Assembly: GCA_965207455.1 (NCBI GenBank)
Contig: CBDBMJ010000003.1
Location: forward strand, 281,838 to 345,837
Direction: 5' to 3'
DNA from: Bdellovibrionota bacterium
GTDB lineage: Bacteria; Bdellovibrionota; UBA1018; CAIPTA01; JAALKR01
Length of the DNA stretch: 64,000 nt
This document shows positions 1 through 9,604 of the stretch, in pieces (the stretch's first letter is position 1; each line of letters opens with the position of its first letter). A program made the position numbers and the translations under genes. The notes beneath the pieces were generated by a model. That model was not told the DNA's origin, made no database searches, and was given only the letters and a program-made list of their open reading frames with translations.

Positions 1-396
1 GGCACCCTTCCACAAACCACAAACCGACGGAACCTCTTCTCCATCGTCAACAGGAACCTTCACACGAATCCTATCTTTATTTTGAAGGGAGAGAAGATGA
101 TAAACCACGAAGAAGCGGGCACTGTCTCCCTCAGACTTAACCACACCTAAATTATAGTCGGGAATAGTTACATGCTTGGGATTATGATCGTAGGCCGTTA
201 TGTCCGAAAGAAAGTTATACTCCAAGACTTCGTCCAGACGAATAAAATCAAGAAATTCAAATATGTTTTCCTTTGCAATCAATACTATGGGACAATCTGT
301 TTTCTCCAAACTCACCCCTTCAATAATTTTTGCATACTTGGAATGTAGTAGCTCTATCCTCGCCTTAGAAAAGTCGGACCCCAAAGAAACTGTCAT
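1..396 (-). CDS. nuoC: NADH-quinone oxidoreductase subunit C (canonical copy; runs off window start)
   Basis: ATG at 396 overlaps nuoB stop (ATGA); translation MTVSLGSDF...[11 protein letters not shown]...[23 protein letters not shown]...[11 protein letters not shown] is typical NuoC; not in ORF track because it is truncated. Confidence 0.9.
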   Translation of the reverse strand, partial: MTVSLGSDFSKARIELLHSKYAKIIEGVSLEKTDCPIVLIAKENIFEFLDFIRLDEVLEYNFLSDITAYDHNPKHVTIPDYNLGVVKSEGDSARFFVVYHLLSLQNKDRIRVKVPVDDGEEVPSVCGLWKGA

Positions 397-860
397 AACT
401 CCGCCTTACCCGTTCGTACTTTCTCCTGCAATCTCATCAAACCATGGAGAACACCCTCAGGGGTAGGCGGACAGCCCGGAATATACACGTCTACGGGAAT
501 AATTTCGTCCACTCCCTGCATAACACTATAGGTATCAAAAATTCCTCCCGAGGCAGAACAAGCTCCCATGGCCAATACCCACTTGGGATCGGCTATTTGA
601 TCGTAAATACTTTTTAGTACAGGCCCCATTTTATTTGTAATCGTTCCTGCAATGATCATCATGTCGCTTTGTCGGGGAGAAAAACGAACAACCTCGGCAC
701 CAAAGCGAGCCATATCATAATCGGCAGAAAGTACTGCCATCATCTCAATACCACAACAACTCGTACCAAATGGGTAGGGCCACATGGAATTGGAACGGGC
801 CCAGTTGACAAGCTGATCTAATTTCGTGGTAACAATTTCTGGTGCGCCATCTTTTCCCAT
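393..860 (-). CDS. nuoB: NADH-quinone oxidoreductase subunit B (canonical copy)
   Basis: [33 protein letters not shown]; start taken at MGKDG (860), just after nuoA stop. Confidence 0.95.
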   Translation of the reverse strand: MGKDGAPEIVTTKLDQLVNWARSNSMWPYPFGTSCCGIEMMAVLSADYDMARFGAEVVRFSPRQSDMMIIAGTITNKMGPVLKSIYDQIADPKWVLAMGACSASGGIFDTYSVMQGVDEIIPVDVYIPGCPPTPEGVLHGLMRLQEKVRTGKAEL

Positions 861-861
861 A

Positions 862-1224
862 CTACTCCCACTCCAATCCACCACTGCGCCACTCATAGAC
901 GAAAGCAACCGTGAGAATGGTTAAAAAGGCCAACATCGTATACAGGGAAAAAGTGTTGACTGCCAAGAACTGCTTATACACAAGAGCCCAGGGAAAGAGT
1001 AAAACCACCTCCACATCGAACAGCAGGAAAGAAATGGCAACGAGGTAGAAGCGAATGGAGAAGCGCTTATTTTCCTTGCGACTAGGGGGGACTCCGCACT
1101 CAAAAAAGGTATTTTTCATATCATTGGGGCGCTTGGGTCCCAGGAGACCTACAAGCAATATCGTGGAGGCTGCTATTACTACAGCGACTAAAAATAAAAT
1201 AAGAATGGGTACATATGGAGACAT
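862..1224 (-). CDS. nuoA: NADH-quinone oxidoreductase subunit A (canonical copy)
   Basis: [36 protein letters not shown]. Confidence 0.95.
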   Translation of the reverse strand: MSPYVPILILFLVAVVIAASTILLVGLLGPKRPNDMKNTFFECGVPPSRKENKRFSIRFYLVAISFLLFDVEVVLLFPWALVYKQFLAVNTFSLYTMLAFLTILTVAFVYEWRSGGLEWE

Positions 1225-1273
1225 TTTTTAACCCTAATAAAATTATGGTGACGGGAGATAGATTACAACATTT

Positions 1274-2731
1274 TCAAAAAATTAAAAAGAGGCGAGCCTG
1301 TTTCAACAGTAATAATAGGAATTCTCCTCCCCAAAATCCCCATAATAACAGCGGAAGTAGGGCCAGAACCAAGGCTAGACGAGTAAGCGTGCCCTGTATG
1401 ACTGGATCTGCCCGGGGAGTGCTTGCTGGGGGATCTTCAAAGAAGAGAACTGCCACCAAACGTGCAAAAATCATAACCTGAACCAGCAAATATAGTAGAA
1501 ACAAGGAGAAAACCACGGGTTGACTCTGAGCAAAAATCGTTCCCAGCGCCTGGAGTGTGGAGAAAAAGCCCATCATGGGCGGCAACCCTGCCAAAGAAAT
1601 CAATACCAAGAGTAAAAGAAAGCAGAAATAGCTTCGACCCATGCCGCATAATTCCTCCATTTTTTCTTTCTTTTGTGACAAGCAAAGGCCCCCAAGTATC
1701 CAGAAATACAGCACTAAACCCATACTGATGCTAATAAATTGAATTACGATGGTGGAAAGAACCTGGGCATTAATGCTGCTCATCACAACCAAAAGGGAAG
1801 ACCACTGCATCAGGACTATATGGGCAGAAAAGCAGCGAATATTTTTTTGGGCCAGCGCACCAAAAGCCCCATAAAATAAACCACAAAAGCCACAAACCGT
1901 AAATCCCATTAAAATACTAAGCCCCATGGTGGATGCCTGAGTCTCCGTTTTCATAAAAAACAAAAAAATAACAATTTTGATCAGGGCCAAAACACCTGCC
2001 CCCTGGATCAATAACGACTGGATGGCCTGATCGAGCCAAGTGGAGTTCTGCCCCCTATTAATCCCAATAAAATGGAAGGGAAATAGGGCGCTCACACAGA
2101 AAAAGGGTAGGAACAGCATAAAGATAAGGGGAACCCCATACAGGCCGTTTAAGCCATGAATATAGTTTTTGATTTCCGTGTATGTCAAAGAGTCCAGTTG
2201 CGTGGATAGAATCACTAAGACAGCAAAGCTTAAGCAAAAGCAAACACTGGATTGAAGGTAGGACTGTGCGGATATTTTTCTCCCCTCCCTCCCAGACATG
2301 GCAGAAAGAAGAATAGAGAAAAGCATTAGGCCGGATAGGCAAATAAAAGAGACGAGTGCATGCTCAGATAGGAGTAATACAGAGGAGAAAAAAGCTATGT
2401 TGACAATAAAAAATGAAAATTCCGCTCCCTTGTTAAAGGAAAATTTTTCCGAATAGTGGGTGAAGAGCAATAATAATAAGGAAACCACAAAGAGTGTGAA
2501 GCGAACAAAGACAAATACGGGATTCAAGCCAATGGCAGAAGAAAATAAAGAGATATTTTCTGTCGGTTGATAATATAAGGTGCTGAAGGCTGCAAAAGAC
2601 ATTCCCAACAAAGATAGACCTCGAATGAAAGAACGAGACTTGCTCCCATCTCCAAATGCTAAAAAAAACAGGATCAGAAAGGATGAACCAAGGAGTGTTA
2701 TCTCAGGCAATATGGGCAGATAAAAAGACAC
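1274..2731 (-). CDS. nuoN: diverged NuoN-like antiporter subunit
   Basis: 485 aa polytopic; LPEI, FPFHF, GALAQKNIR, SLAGLPPMMGF; last gene after L-M-M. Confidence 0.8.
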   Translation of the reverse strand: MSFYLPILPEITLLGSSFLILFFLAFGDGSKSRSFIRGLSLLGMSFAAFSTLYYQPTENISLFSSAIGLNPVFVFVRFTLFVVSLLLLLFTHYSEKFSFNKGAEFSFFIVNIAFFSSVLLLSEHALVSFICLSGLMLFSILLSAMSGREGRKISAQSYLQSSVCFCLSFAVLVILSTQLDSLTYTEIKNYIHGLNGLYGVPLIFMLFLPFFCVSALFPFHFIGINRGQNSTWLDQAIQSLLIQGAGVLALIKIVIFLFFMKTETQASTMGLSILMGFTVCGFCGLFYGAFGALAQKNIRCFSAHIVLMQWSSLLVVMSSINAQVLSTIVIQFISISMGLVLYFWILGGLCLSQKKEKMEELCGMGRSYFCFLLLLVLISLAGLPPMMGFFSTLQALGTIFAQSQPVVFSLFLLYLLVQVMIFARLVAVLFFEDPPASTPRADPVIQGTLTRLALVLALLPLLLWGFWGGEFLLLLLKQARLFLIF

Positions 2732-4147
2732 CTATCCCCCTCCTAAAAGATTTAATGCTTCACTCACAGCATAGGAAAAATAACGGGATAATAATCGAGG
2801 ATAGATTGTGAGTAGAACTAGGCACCCACCCATGAAAAAACAACAAAGGGCATCCCAGGAGTGCAGGCGTAGTAAGGGCGCTCTCTCTTTTGCGTATTCT
2901 TCATGAAAAACCGGAGACAGGGAGCGGTAGCAAGAAACCACTAGGAGTAGTGCAAGGAACAAAACGATGGGGAAAACAAAGATCGTCTCCTTAGCTGTGA
3001 GCCCGTAAAAAATCAAGAGCGTGCTGTGGAATCCAAAGGAAACGGGAAGACAGAACGCAGCCAGCATAGTATAGACGGAAAACAATAATAATTTTGGATT
3101 ATTGGGCGCATTCCCTAAGTACCCATCCTTACTCCCTCGCTCACTGATATCTATTATGGTAAATATGGCGGCAAGGATAAGAAATAAAAATATTCCCATC
3201 ATCAAGGCTCCAACGAAGCCTTCTTTGTTTCCGGAGCTTATACCTAAAAATATAAGCCCACTGAAAATTTGTTGAAACAATACTATTTGATCTCTTAGAG
3301 AAGTGCACCGTAAAAGCAATAGCGCAGGCAGGAGCATGGACACTAAGCCCACTATAAAAAATAAAAATTGAAATTCCATAAACTCGTTGGAAAAATCAGG
3401 AAACAAAAAACGAAGAAATGCGTAGAGCCCGAAATTGTAAACAGTCATCACAGGCAATAGAAGAATTAAATTCTTTGCACTGGACAATCGTCTCAAAAGC
3501 CAGTGGAAAGGAATCATTTTTATAAAAAATACTCCAGAGAGGAGTGCAAAGATCAAATATTTCTTAGAGCCTACCTCAACAGCGGAGTAAAACTCTGGGT
3601 ATAGAATAAAAAAGCAGACAAGCAATAAAAAAATACTAATTGTACTTATGAGCATAAATGGTTTACTGAGGCGTTTTAACTCTGTAGATCCATCCGTACC
3701 AATTAAAAAAGTAGCGGGGACGATGCACAGGGCAGAAAAGAAAAGAAAGGAAAACAGGGTTGATGAGGCGTACATTCCTAAGACACCAAACTCCAGTAAC
3801 ATTAAAGAGATAATTTTACCTCCATTGAGTCTTTCTCGACCCACCAGCACCACCACCATAAATACAAGGCTAGTTACCCATAAAAAGGGTGAATTAAGAG
3901 CATCTGTCGCAAAGTTTGTATTAATATTCCAAAAACCGGACCAAGGGTACGCACCAACACCAGGTACTATTTTTTGTGTTACGGCAAGTGCCTCTAAAAA
4001 CATCCATGTATGAGTTAGAAATATAAATATTGTAGATAGTGCCACAGAAGACCACAGCCAGGAGTTCGCTTTATTCCAAAATAAAAAGCCAATAGCGGCA
4101 AGCGCTAGGGGTAAAAAGATAGTAATTTGTAAAAAAAACTCTGGCAT
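2732..4147 (-). CDS. nuoM: diverged NuoM-like subunit (second copy)
   Basis: PW...INTNFATDALNSPF, VPATFLIG, FFIKMIPFHWL, YAFLRF, CLPVSFGF; start at MPEFF (4147). Confidence 0.75.
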   Translation of the reverse strand: MPEFFLQITIFLPLALAAIGFLFWNKANSWLWSSVALSTIFIFLTHTWMFLEALAVTQKIVPGVGAYPWSGFWNINTNFATDALNSPFLWVTSLVFMVVVLVGRERLNGGKIISLMLLEFGVLGMYASSTLFSFLFFSALCIVPATFLIGTDGSTELKRLSKPFMLISTISIFLLLVCFFILYPEFYSAVEVGSKKYLIFALLSGVFFIKMIPFHWLLRRLSSAKNLILLLPVMTVYNFGLYAFLRFLFPDFSNEFMEFQFLFFIVGLVSMLLPALLLLRCTSLRDQIVLFQQIFSGLIFLGISSGNKEGFVGALMMGIFLFLILAAIFTIIDISERGSKDGYLGNAPNNPKLLLFSVYTMLAAFCLPVSFGFHSTLLIFYGLTAKETIFVFPIVLFLALLLVVSCYRSLSPVFHEEYAKERAPLLRLHSWDALCCFFMGGCLVLLTIYPRLLSRYFSYAVSEALNLLGGG

Positions 4148-4149
4148 AA

Positions 4150-5616
4150 TCAGTAAACAAAACCCAAGAGTCCCACACTCCCAAGCCAGGAAATCAAACA
4201 AAAGAAAAGGCAAAGTGTGGCTAGTTTATAGTTAGCCTGCCAAGCCTCTCCCTTACTGTTAGATTTACCCTGAACATCAATGTCCTTTCCAAATCCATGA
4301 TCGAAAAAAAATATTCTGTAACCGCAATAAGTGAGTATGGTAGAATACAATGTCCATAATAGGACTAGCAAAATAGAATGCTGAAGACTGGAATCAAAAA
4401 TTACAGCGCCGGGCAAGGCAAAAATATAATACACAGGAGTCCCGGGAATACTCACTAAAAAAACAAAGATGAGGAGAAATGTGGCTTTGTTGAGCGACCC
4501 TAGAAAATCATTATCGCATAAAAATCGAATGAAAACGGATAATACGGGAATGGTAATGCTGATTAAGTATACAGATTGAAAATTTTCCGGCGAAAAGAAG
4601 CCTATAGAATAAAAGGCCATCCCCAGAAAAAAAACAATAATGCTCCCCAAAGCTCTTTCTTTATATCCAGCTGCGCACAATAAATAACCGGAGAAAATTG
4701 CCATAAAAAATCCAAATATAGATATATTTCTCAAAAAAATCTGGCTCTCTTTGGGCAGGATAGAAACTATTTCATTAAAAATAAATAGAATGGCGCCCAT
4801 AAAGATACAAAATGGAATGGAAATGATAGAGGAAATTTTTTTCTCTTCTCTTTCTGAATTGAAAATACCCATAAACCACGCAGACCAAAAACACAGGGGA
4901 AGAGAGAGGGCAAATGCGCTCACTAGAAAAAGGATGGTCCACAAATCTCCATCGAACGTTGCACCAGAAAGCGGAGCAGAAAACACAGCTGCAAAAGAAC
5001 TAAAATTCAAGGAGCTCATTTCAAAAACAAAGGATAGGGACACCAAAGATAAGAGCATTACAATACCTCCAGAGATCTGAAGCAAAGCTGCCAACTCTCC
5101 ATGCATTTCCTTTTTTGCCTTGCCAGCATCCACCTTAATATCCTGACAATAAAACAAGCGCAACAGGAGAAACAAAACAATGCTAATAACTATGTGAAGT
5201 ATGGAAATTAAAAGTAAATTTTCACAAACCACGTAAAAACTAATCAGCCCTTTAAAAAAAATAAGTAGAGATATGGCTCCCACAGACACTTTTTGCTTTT
5301 TGTAATAGTCTTGGAACAAGAGGAATAATACCAGAAAACATGCGTCAAAAATAAGAAGTAAGAAGGCATTCCTTGAGGTCAATGCCACCTCCCAAGCTAT
5401 TCCCATCATGGGTAAAAATGGGGCAGAGTCTCTCAAAGGGGCACCTCCCTGTAATAAATGAGAAAGAAAGAAAATCAAAATAAGGCAAGAGAAGAAACTG
5501 GTAAATACACCGCACAGAGCATTCCACCGGTGCCCATAAAAAAATATATACTGAGCACTCCCAACGATTAAGGGTGCTAGCAAAAATATCCAAAAAAGCG
5601 GTATATATAATTCCAT
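4150..5616 (-). CDS. highly diverged NuoM-like subunit (first copy)
   Basis: 488 aa polytopic; PFLPMMGIAWEVAL, LFLVSAFALSLPL..W, SIPGTP; position between L and M. Confidence 0.6.
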   Translation of the reverse strand: MELYIPLFWIFLLAPLIVGSAQYIFFYGHRWNALCGVFTSFFSCLILIFFLSHLLQGGAPLRDSAPFLPMMGIAWEVALTSRNAFLLLIFDACFLVLFLLFQDYYKKQKVSVGAISLLIFFKGLISFYVVCENLLLISILHIVISIVLFLLLRLFYCQDIKVDAGKAKKEMHGELAALLQISGGIVMLLSLVSLSFVFEMSSLNFSSFAAVFSAPLSGATFDGDLWTILFLVSAFALSLPLCFWSAWFMGIFNSEREEKKISSIISIPFCIFMGAILFIFNEIVSILPKESQIFLRNISIFGFFMAIFSGYLLCAAGYKERALGSIIVFFLGMAFYSIGFFSPENFQSVYLISITIPVLSVFIRFLCDNDFLGSLNKATFLLIFVFLVSIPGTPVYYIFALPGAVIFDSSLQHSILLVLLWTLYSTILTYCGYRIFFFDHGFGKDIDVQGKSNSKGEAWQANYKLATLCLFFCLISWLGSVGLLGFVY

Positions 5617-5620
5617 TTCT

Positions 5621-7402
5621 CTATCCCGTTAGTATCAGTAGTACAACCATAGTCAAAATAAAAAAAACAGAGAAAAATAAATATGCTCTAGCAGCGCTAT
5701 TTTGCACGCGTTGGACAAAATGAGATAAAGAGTGAGCAAGAACGGCGCTGCCATTCAAGAGAACATTCATAATAACTGTTCCATCCAGACAGTTTATTTT
5801 TTTAGATACAAAATCCAAAAAAACCAATATTTTTTTTTGAGAAGCGGTCAAAATACTGGATTGTATATGGAAAACAAAAATATTGACTTTATCTAAAATA
5901 TTATACATATAGGGTACTCCCTCCGATTCAAGGATCTCCCTTTTTCTTGAAAGATAAAGAGAAAACTTTTGACTTTTAGCTAGCCCTCCCCCTAGGAAAA
6001 AACCAATCACGGTCAGGAACACTATGGATGCAGCGGTATATAACATAATACTGGACGACTCTCCTGTCATAGTGGGCAAAATTCCATTCGTTCCCGAATA
6101 GACCCACTCCAATAAAGTTCCTCTCATCAAAGGCTCATTGCCCACTAAGAGAATGAAAATACCCAAATATACGCTAATGTCCTTAGATGGTATCTGCCTA
6201 TCTATCTTCCAAAACTCCTCGTCATCTCCAGTCGTGAGCAAGAGCCTAGAGAATACACCTGTAAGCAATAACGATTGGAGGCACAGGAGAATAAACAGAG
6301 CCAAGTCCACTGACCCTATCCTATTGAAAAACAAAAATAATGCTGAACCCGGAAATCCTACAATAATTAAATGGGCAATGCTGGCCACAAGTAGTGGGAT
6401 TTTCCTCTGAGCACCTCGCAGCTTCACATTAGATAAAGTTAAACAGATACATTGCAGGGATAGTAAAACAAGACAAATAGCGAAAGCTATATTAATGGCA
6501 TTATCAGGTGAAAAATGGATTAAAAAAATAAGATTTAAGGACAGGACGGACAGAATATAATTTTTAATGGAATGGGTTCCTTTACTAGCTAGGAGCGCAC
6601 GCACAGCACAGAAGATAGAAAATATAGCTAGTAGATAACTATACACACCCAGATAAATATCATCCAGACCTGTGCCAATGGCTTTCCTCTGTAAAGCAAA
6701 ACAAGCTAAAAACAGGAGAACTTGGGGAAGATGATCAAACCAAGAAATATATTTCGAGCGAAAGGAAATTACTGTAATAATGTATAGTAATAATCCTCCG
6801 TTCATAAAATTCCAGATGGAAAATATCTCTTCAAAGGAAAGTATAAAAACTAAAAAAATAACTAAAAAAACAAATATTTTTTGCTTGAAGAAATCAAGCA
6901 TCTCCACCCCATGAGACATTTTTCCCTCAGCTCTCATACCAAGAAAATAAGCTAGAAATATTAGCAACTCCACGAATACTAAAACAGGCACCATCGTTGT
7001 GATAAGAATGGATAGGTTACTAAAAATAAATAAACATAATAATACGGGAAACCGAGATACTCTGTTTTTCTCTTTATAAAAATCAGGGAATGCCAATGTG
7101 CCAAAAAATAAAAGGAGAGAACTTCCTAAAATCCAACACACACTTTCCTCATTCAGTAAAAACTGGAGTTCAAATTGCGAAGGAATTTTCAAAAAATTCA
7201 AGGAAAGGGCGAGGGGAGAAAAAAAAGAATCCACCCCCATCAAGGCAATGGCACTGACTAGAATAGGTATAAGAAAAACCATCAAGGAAAGGTAGTAAGA
7301 ACTAAGCCATGACGCTCTGTTGGGAAAGAAAACCATAGTAATTCCATAGATCGCCGGTACGATAATGGACGCGCCAAAGATAAAATAATGAATTAGACTC
7401 AT
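5621..7402 (-). CDS. nuoL: diverged NuoL-like subunit
   Basis: 593 aa; YKEKNRVSRF, IVGFPGSALF, C-terminal LDGTVI..LNG...RVQNSAARAYL matches the NuoL lateral helix/TM16. Confidence 0.7.
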   Translation of the reverse strand: MSLIHYFIFGASIIVPAIYGITMVFFPNRASWLSSYYLSLMVFLIPILVSAIALMGVDSFFSPLALSLNFLKIPSQFELQFLLNEESVCWILGSSLLLFFGTLAFPDFYKEKNRVSRFPVLLCLFIFSNLSILITTMVPVLVFVELLIFLAYFLGMRAEGKMSHGVEMLDFFKQKIFVFLVIFLVFILSFEEIFSIWNFMNGGLLLYIITVISFRSKYISWFDHLPQVLLFLACFALQRKAIGTGLDDIYLGVYSYLLAIFSIFCAVRALLASKGTHSIKNYILSVLSLNLIFLIHFSPDNAINIAFAICLVLLSLQCICLTLSNVKLRGAQRKIPLLVASIAHLIIVGFPGSALFLFFNRIGSVDLALFILLCLQSLLLTGVFSRLLLTTGDDEEFWKIDRQIPSKDISVYLGIFILLVGNEPLMRGTLLEWVYSGTNGILPTMTGESSSIMLYTAASIVFLTVIGFFLGGGLAKSQKFSLYLSRKREILESEGVPYMYNILDKVNIFVFHIQSSILTASQKKILVFLDFVSKKINCLDGTVIMNVLLNGSAVLAHSLSHFVQRVQNSAARAYLFFSVFFILTMVVLLILTG

Positions 7403-7419
7403 ACTCCTAGCACCTCAGA

Positions 7420-7710
7420 CTATCCCTCTTTTCCATGATCTGTTTCTCTATCTCTTGTCATCAAAGACAGACTTGCTATAAAAAATAAAATACAGAAAAA
7501 GATACCCACAAAAACTAAAATGGAAAGCATTTTAATTTTTTCTGGAAACATGGTTAACCATATGATAGCTGCGTATGCGCAGGCTTTGAGAGAAATAATT
7601 TGACCCAGAACGATAGAAATAAATGCCTGCCTTGCCATCATCATTCCCAGACCAATGCAAAAAATTCCCGCTGCAATGATAAGATGAATTTTCAAAAATA
7701 ATAGATCCAT
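7420..7710 (-). CDS. nuoK: diverged NuoK-like subunit
   Basis: ~96 aa, 3 TM, AAGIFCIGLGMMMAR; gene order J-K-L. Confidence 0.7.
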   Translation of the reverse strand: MDLLFLKIHLIIAAGIFCIGLGMMMARQAFISIVLGQIISLKACAYAAIIWLTMFPEKIKMLSILVFVGIFFCILFFIASLSLMTRDRETDHGKEG

Positions 7711-7718
7711 ACCACCTA

Positions 7719-8210
7719 TCAATCTTTAGAGCCAACAGTGGCAAGCGCGCCTATGGAAGCCGGTGCAACAATGAACATACAGAGAAGAATAAATTTCCAG
7801 TTTTCTCCCAAAAAAGAATTTTCCGAATATGCCAAAACACTTCCAGATGCCGTATCTATTTCAGGAATACTCATTCCATTCCAAGCACCCCATACCACTA
7901 AACACCCGATAAAAGAAACAAAGCACATCATGACTACTAGATAGAATCGCTCCCAACCTTCGATTTTTATCTTATTTTCTGGCAGCAAATTTGTGGAGAA
8001 TATAAAGAATAATAAAATCAAATCTAAGATTAAAAAAATTGGTGTTACCCAGAGCAGGATACTTACTTTTAATAAAAAATAAGCTAGCAATGATATATTG
8101 CATGTTAGGATAGCAGAAGAGATAAGTACTGCAGATTTAGATGGTGAAAATGCCATTGCTAGAGCAACCACAATCGCCACAACACCAAATAGTATGAGAA
8201 TAACCTGCAT
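7719..8210 (-). CDS. nuoJ: diverged NuoJ-like subunit
   Basis: 163 aa, 5 TM, C-terminal ASIGALA; gene order I-J-K. Confidence 0.65.
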   Translation of the reverse strand: MQVILILFGVVAIVVALAMAFSPSKSAVLISSAILTCNISLLAYFLLKVSILLWVTPIFLILDLILLFFIFSTNLLPENKIKIEGWERFYLVVMMCFVSFIGCLVVWGAWNGMSIPEIDTASGSVLAYSENSFLGENWKFILLCMFIVAPASIGALATVGSKD

Positions 8211-8215
8211 TTTCC

Positions 8216-8707
8216 CTATCTCCTTATCTCGTAATAACGAATCAATTGTTTTTTCTTCTTTTGATAGGACTTATCTGTAACCATTCCTGAAAAATTAAAA
8301 ACAAGACCAGAGCGATAAAAAGCGCCTATTTCATAATCATTAGTATGAACGATACTTTTCACAGGGCATATATCCACGCAAATGGAGCAAAAAACGCATT
8401 TTCCAAAATCTATCCAAAAATCATTTACTTTCATAGAGCCGTCCATCTTAATTCCAGAATCCATGCCAATGGCTTGCGACGGACATGCCTGTACGCATTC
8501 ATTGCAACCAGTACATACCTGAAGATCATTTTGTAATAGCCCCCTTGCCCTAGAGTTCGGGCCCTTAAACATTTGCAAGGAGGAAACTTCTGGGTAGGCT
8601 TCTGTGAAGCGCTGGAATTTTGCCTTCCTAGAAAAAGTGTATGGCAATAATGACAAAACAGCAGTCCATATTTCTCTTATCTTATAGATTATATTAGATT
8701 TCTCCAT
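8216..8707 (-). CDS. nuoI: NuoI-like 2x[4Fe-4S] subunit
   Basis: TEAYPE, RARG, CTGCNECVQACP, IDFGKCVFCSICVDICP; RBS GAGGAGG before MEKSN. Confidence 0.9.
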   Translation of the reverse strand: MEKSNIIYKIREIWTAVLSLLPYTFSRKAKFQRFTEAYPEVSSLQMFKGPNSRARGLLQNDLQVCTGCNECVQACPSQAIGMDSGIKMDGSMKVNDFWIDFGKCVFCSICVDICPVKSIVHTNDYEIGAFYRSGLVFNFSGMVTDKSYQKKKKQLIRYYEIRR

Positions 8708-8714
8708 ATCCTCC

Positions 8715-9602
8715 TCAAGCACCCAAGTAAAAAACAAGCCAAAAAAGTTCTCCCACAAAAGCTAAAAAAATAGCTGGCAAAATTTTCTTAAATCCAAACT
8801 CCCATGCATCTTTTGTTCTCATAAAGGGAAAGGAATTTTGTATCCACAGGAACGCAAACAATGTACTCACTAAAACCAGGAAGAAAACGGAAAGTCCCTT
8901 TATGGTATATATGGGGAAAATAATATTAATATGTAAAATGACAAGCAGGGCAGCAAGATTAATTATCCACAGGATAGTGGATAGATGATAAATCCCATCC
9001 CACATCCCATTAAATTTCCTTCCGCTGCCATCGATGAACGGGGAAGAGGGAACAATAAAAAATAAAGAAAGAAACCCACATAGAAAAGACAAAACGCTAA
9101 ACGGACTAAAAATTACTTCATTGCTTTTATTATTCAAGTACAGCAAGGCCGGAAGCGTGGAAGGAATATACAAAGCTATACCAAATACACGAGATAAACC
9201 CAATCGTTGTGAGAAAATAAAAACATCTTTATTTTTAAAATAAAACAAAAACAAACTATCTATCATAATTGCAAAAAGTAAAATAGAATACAAAGATAGG
9301 ACTTTCTCATAGAGCAGGCGAGCTTCCTGCGTAAAGGAAAATAAGATAAAGCAGAATAAATAGGGCAGTGCAAGCCCCAGGAAAATGGCAAAAATAAAGA
9401 AAATACTTTCTTTTCCTCTCGTCTCTGCTCGTCTTTTGCTCATTTGTTTTATAAAATCTAGCAATACTTGATAAGTGCCTCCAAAACCCGATCTACTAAT
9501 TCCAATTCTCTGCTGCGTTTTTGCTGCCAGACCTCGCTCCATGGATAAATACAAATAGGCTGCCATATTGAGTGCTAAAAATAAAAAGAAAATAAAACTC
9601 AT
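8715..9602 (-). CDS. nuoH: diverged, shortened NuoH-like subunit
   Basis: MERGLAAKTQQRIG, QVLLDFIKQMSK, WIQNSFPFMR..D, FGFKKILP. Confidence 0.75.
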   Translation of the reverse strand: MSFIFFLFLALNMAAYLYLSMERGLAAKTQQRIGISRSGFGGTYQVLLDFIKQMSKRRAETRGKESIFFIFAIFLGLALPYLFCFILFSFTQEARLLYEKVLSLYSILLFAIMIDSLFLFYFKNKDVFIFSQRLGLSRVFGIALYIPSTLPALLYLNNKSNEVIFSPFSVLSFLCGFLSLFFIVPSSPFIDGSGRKFNGMWDGIYHLSTILWIINLAALLVILHINIIFPIYTIKGLSVFFLVLVSTLFAFLWIQNSFPFMRTKDAWEFGFKKILPAIFLAFVGELFWLVFYLGA

Positions 9603-9604
9603 TA

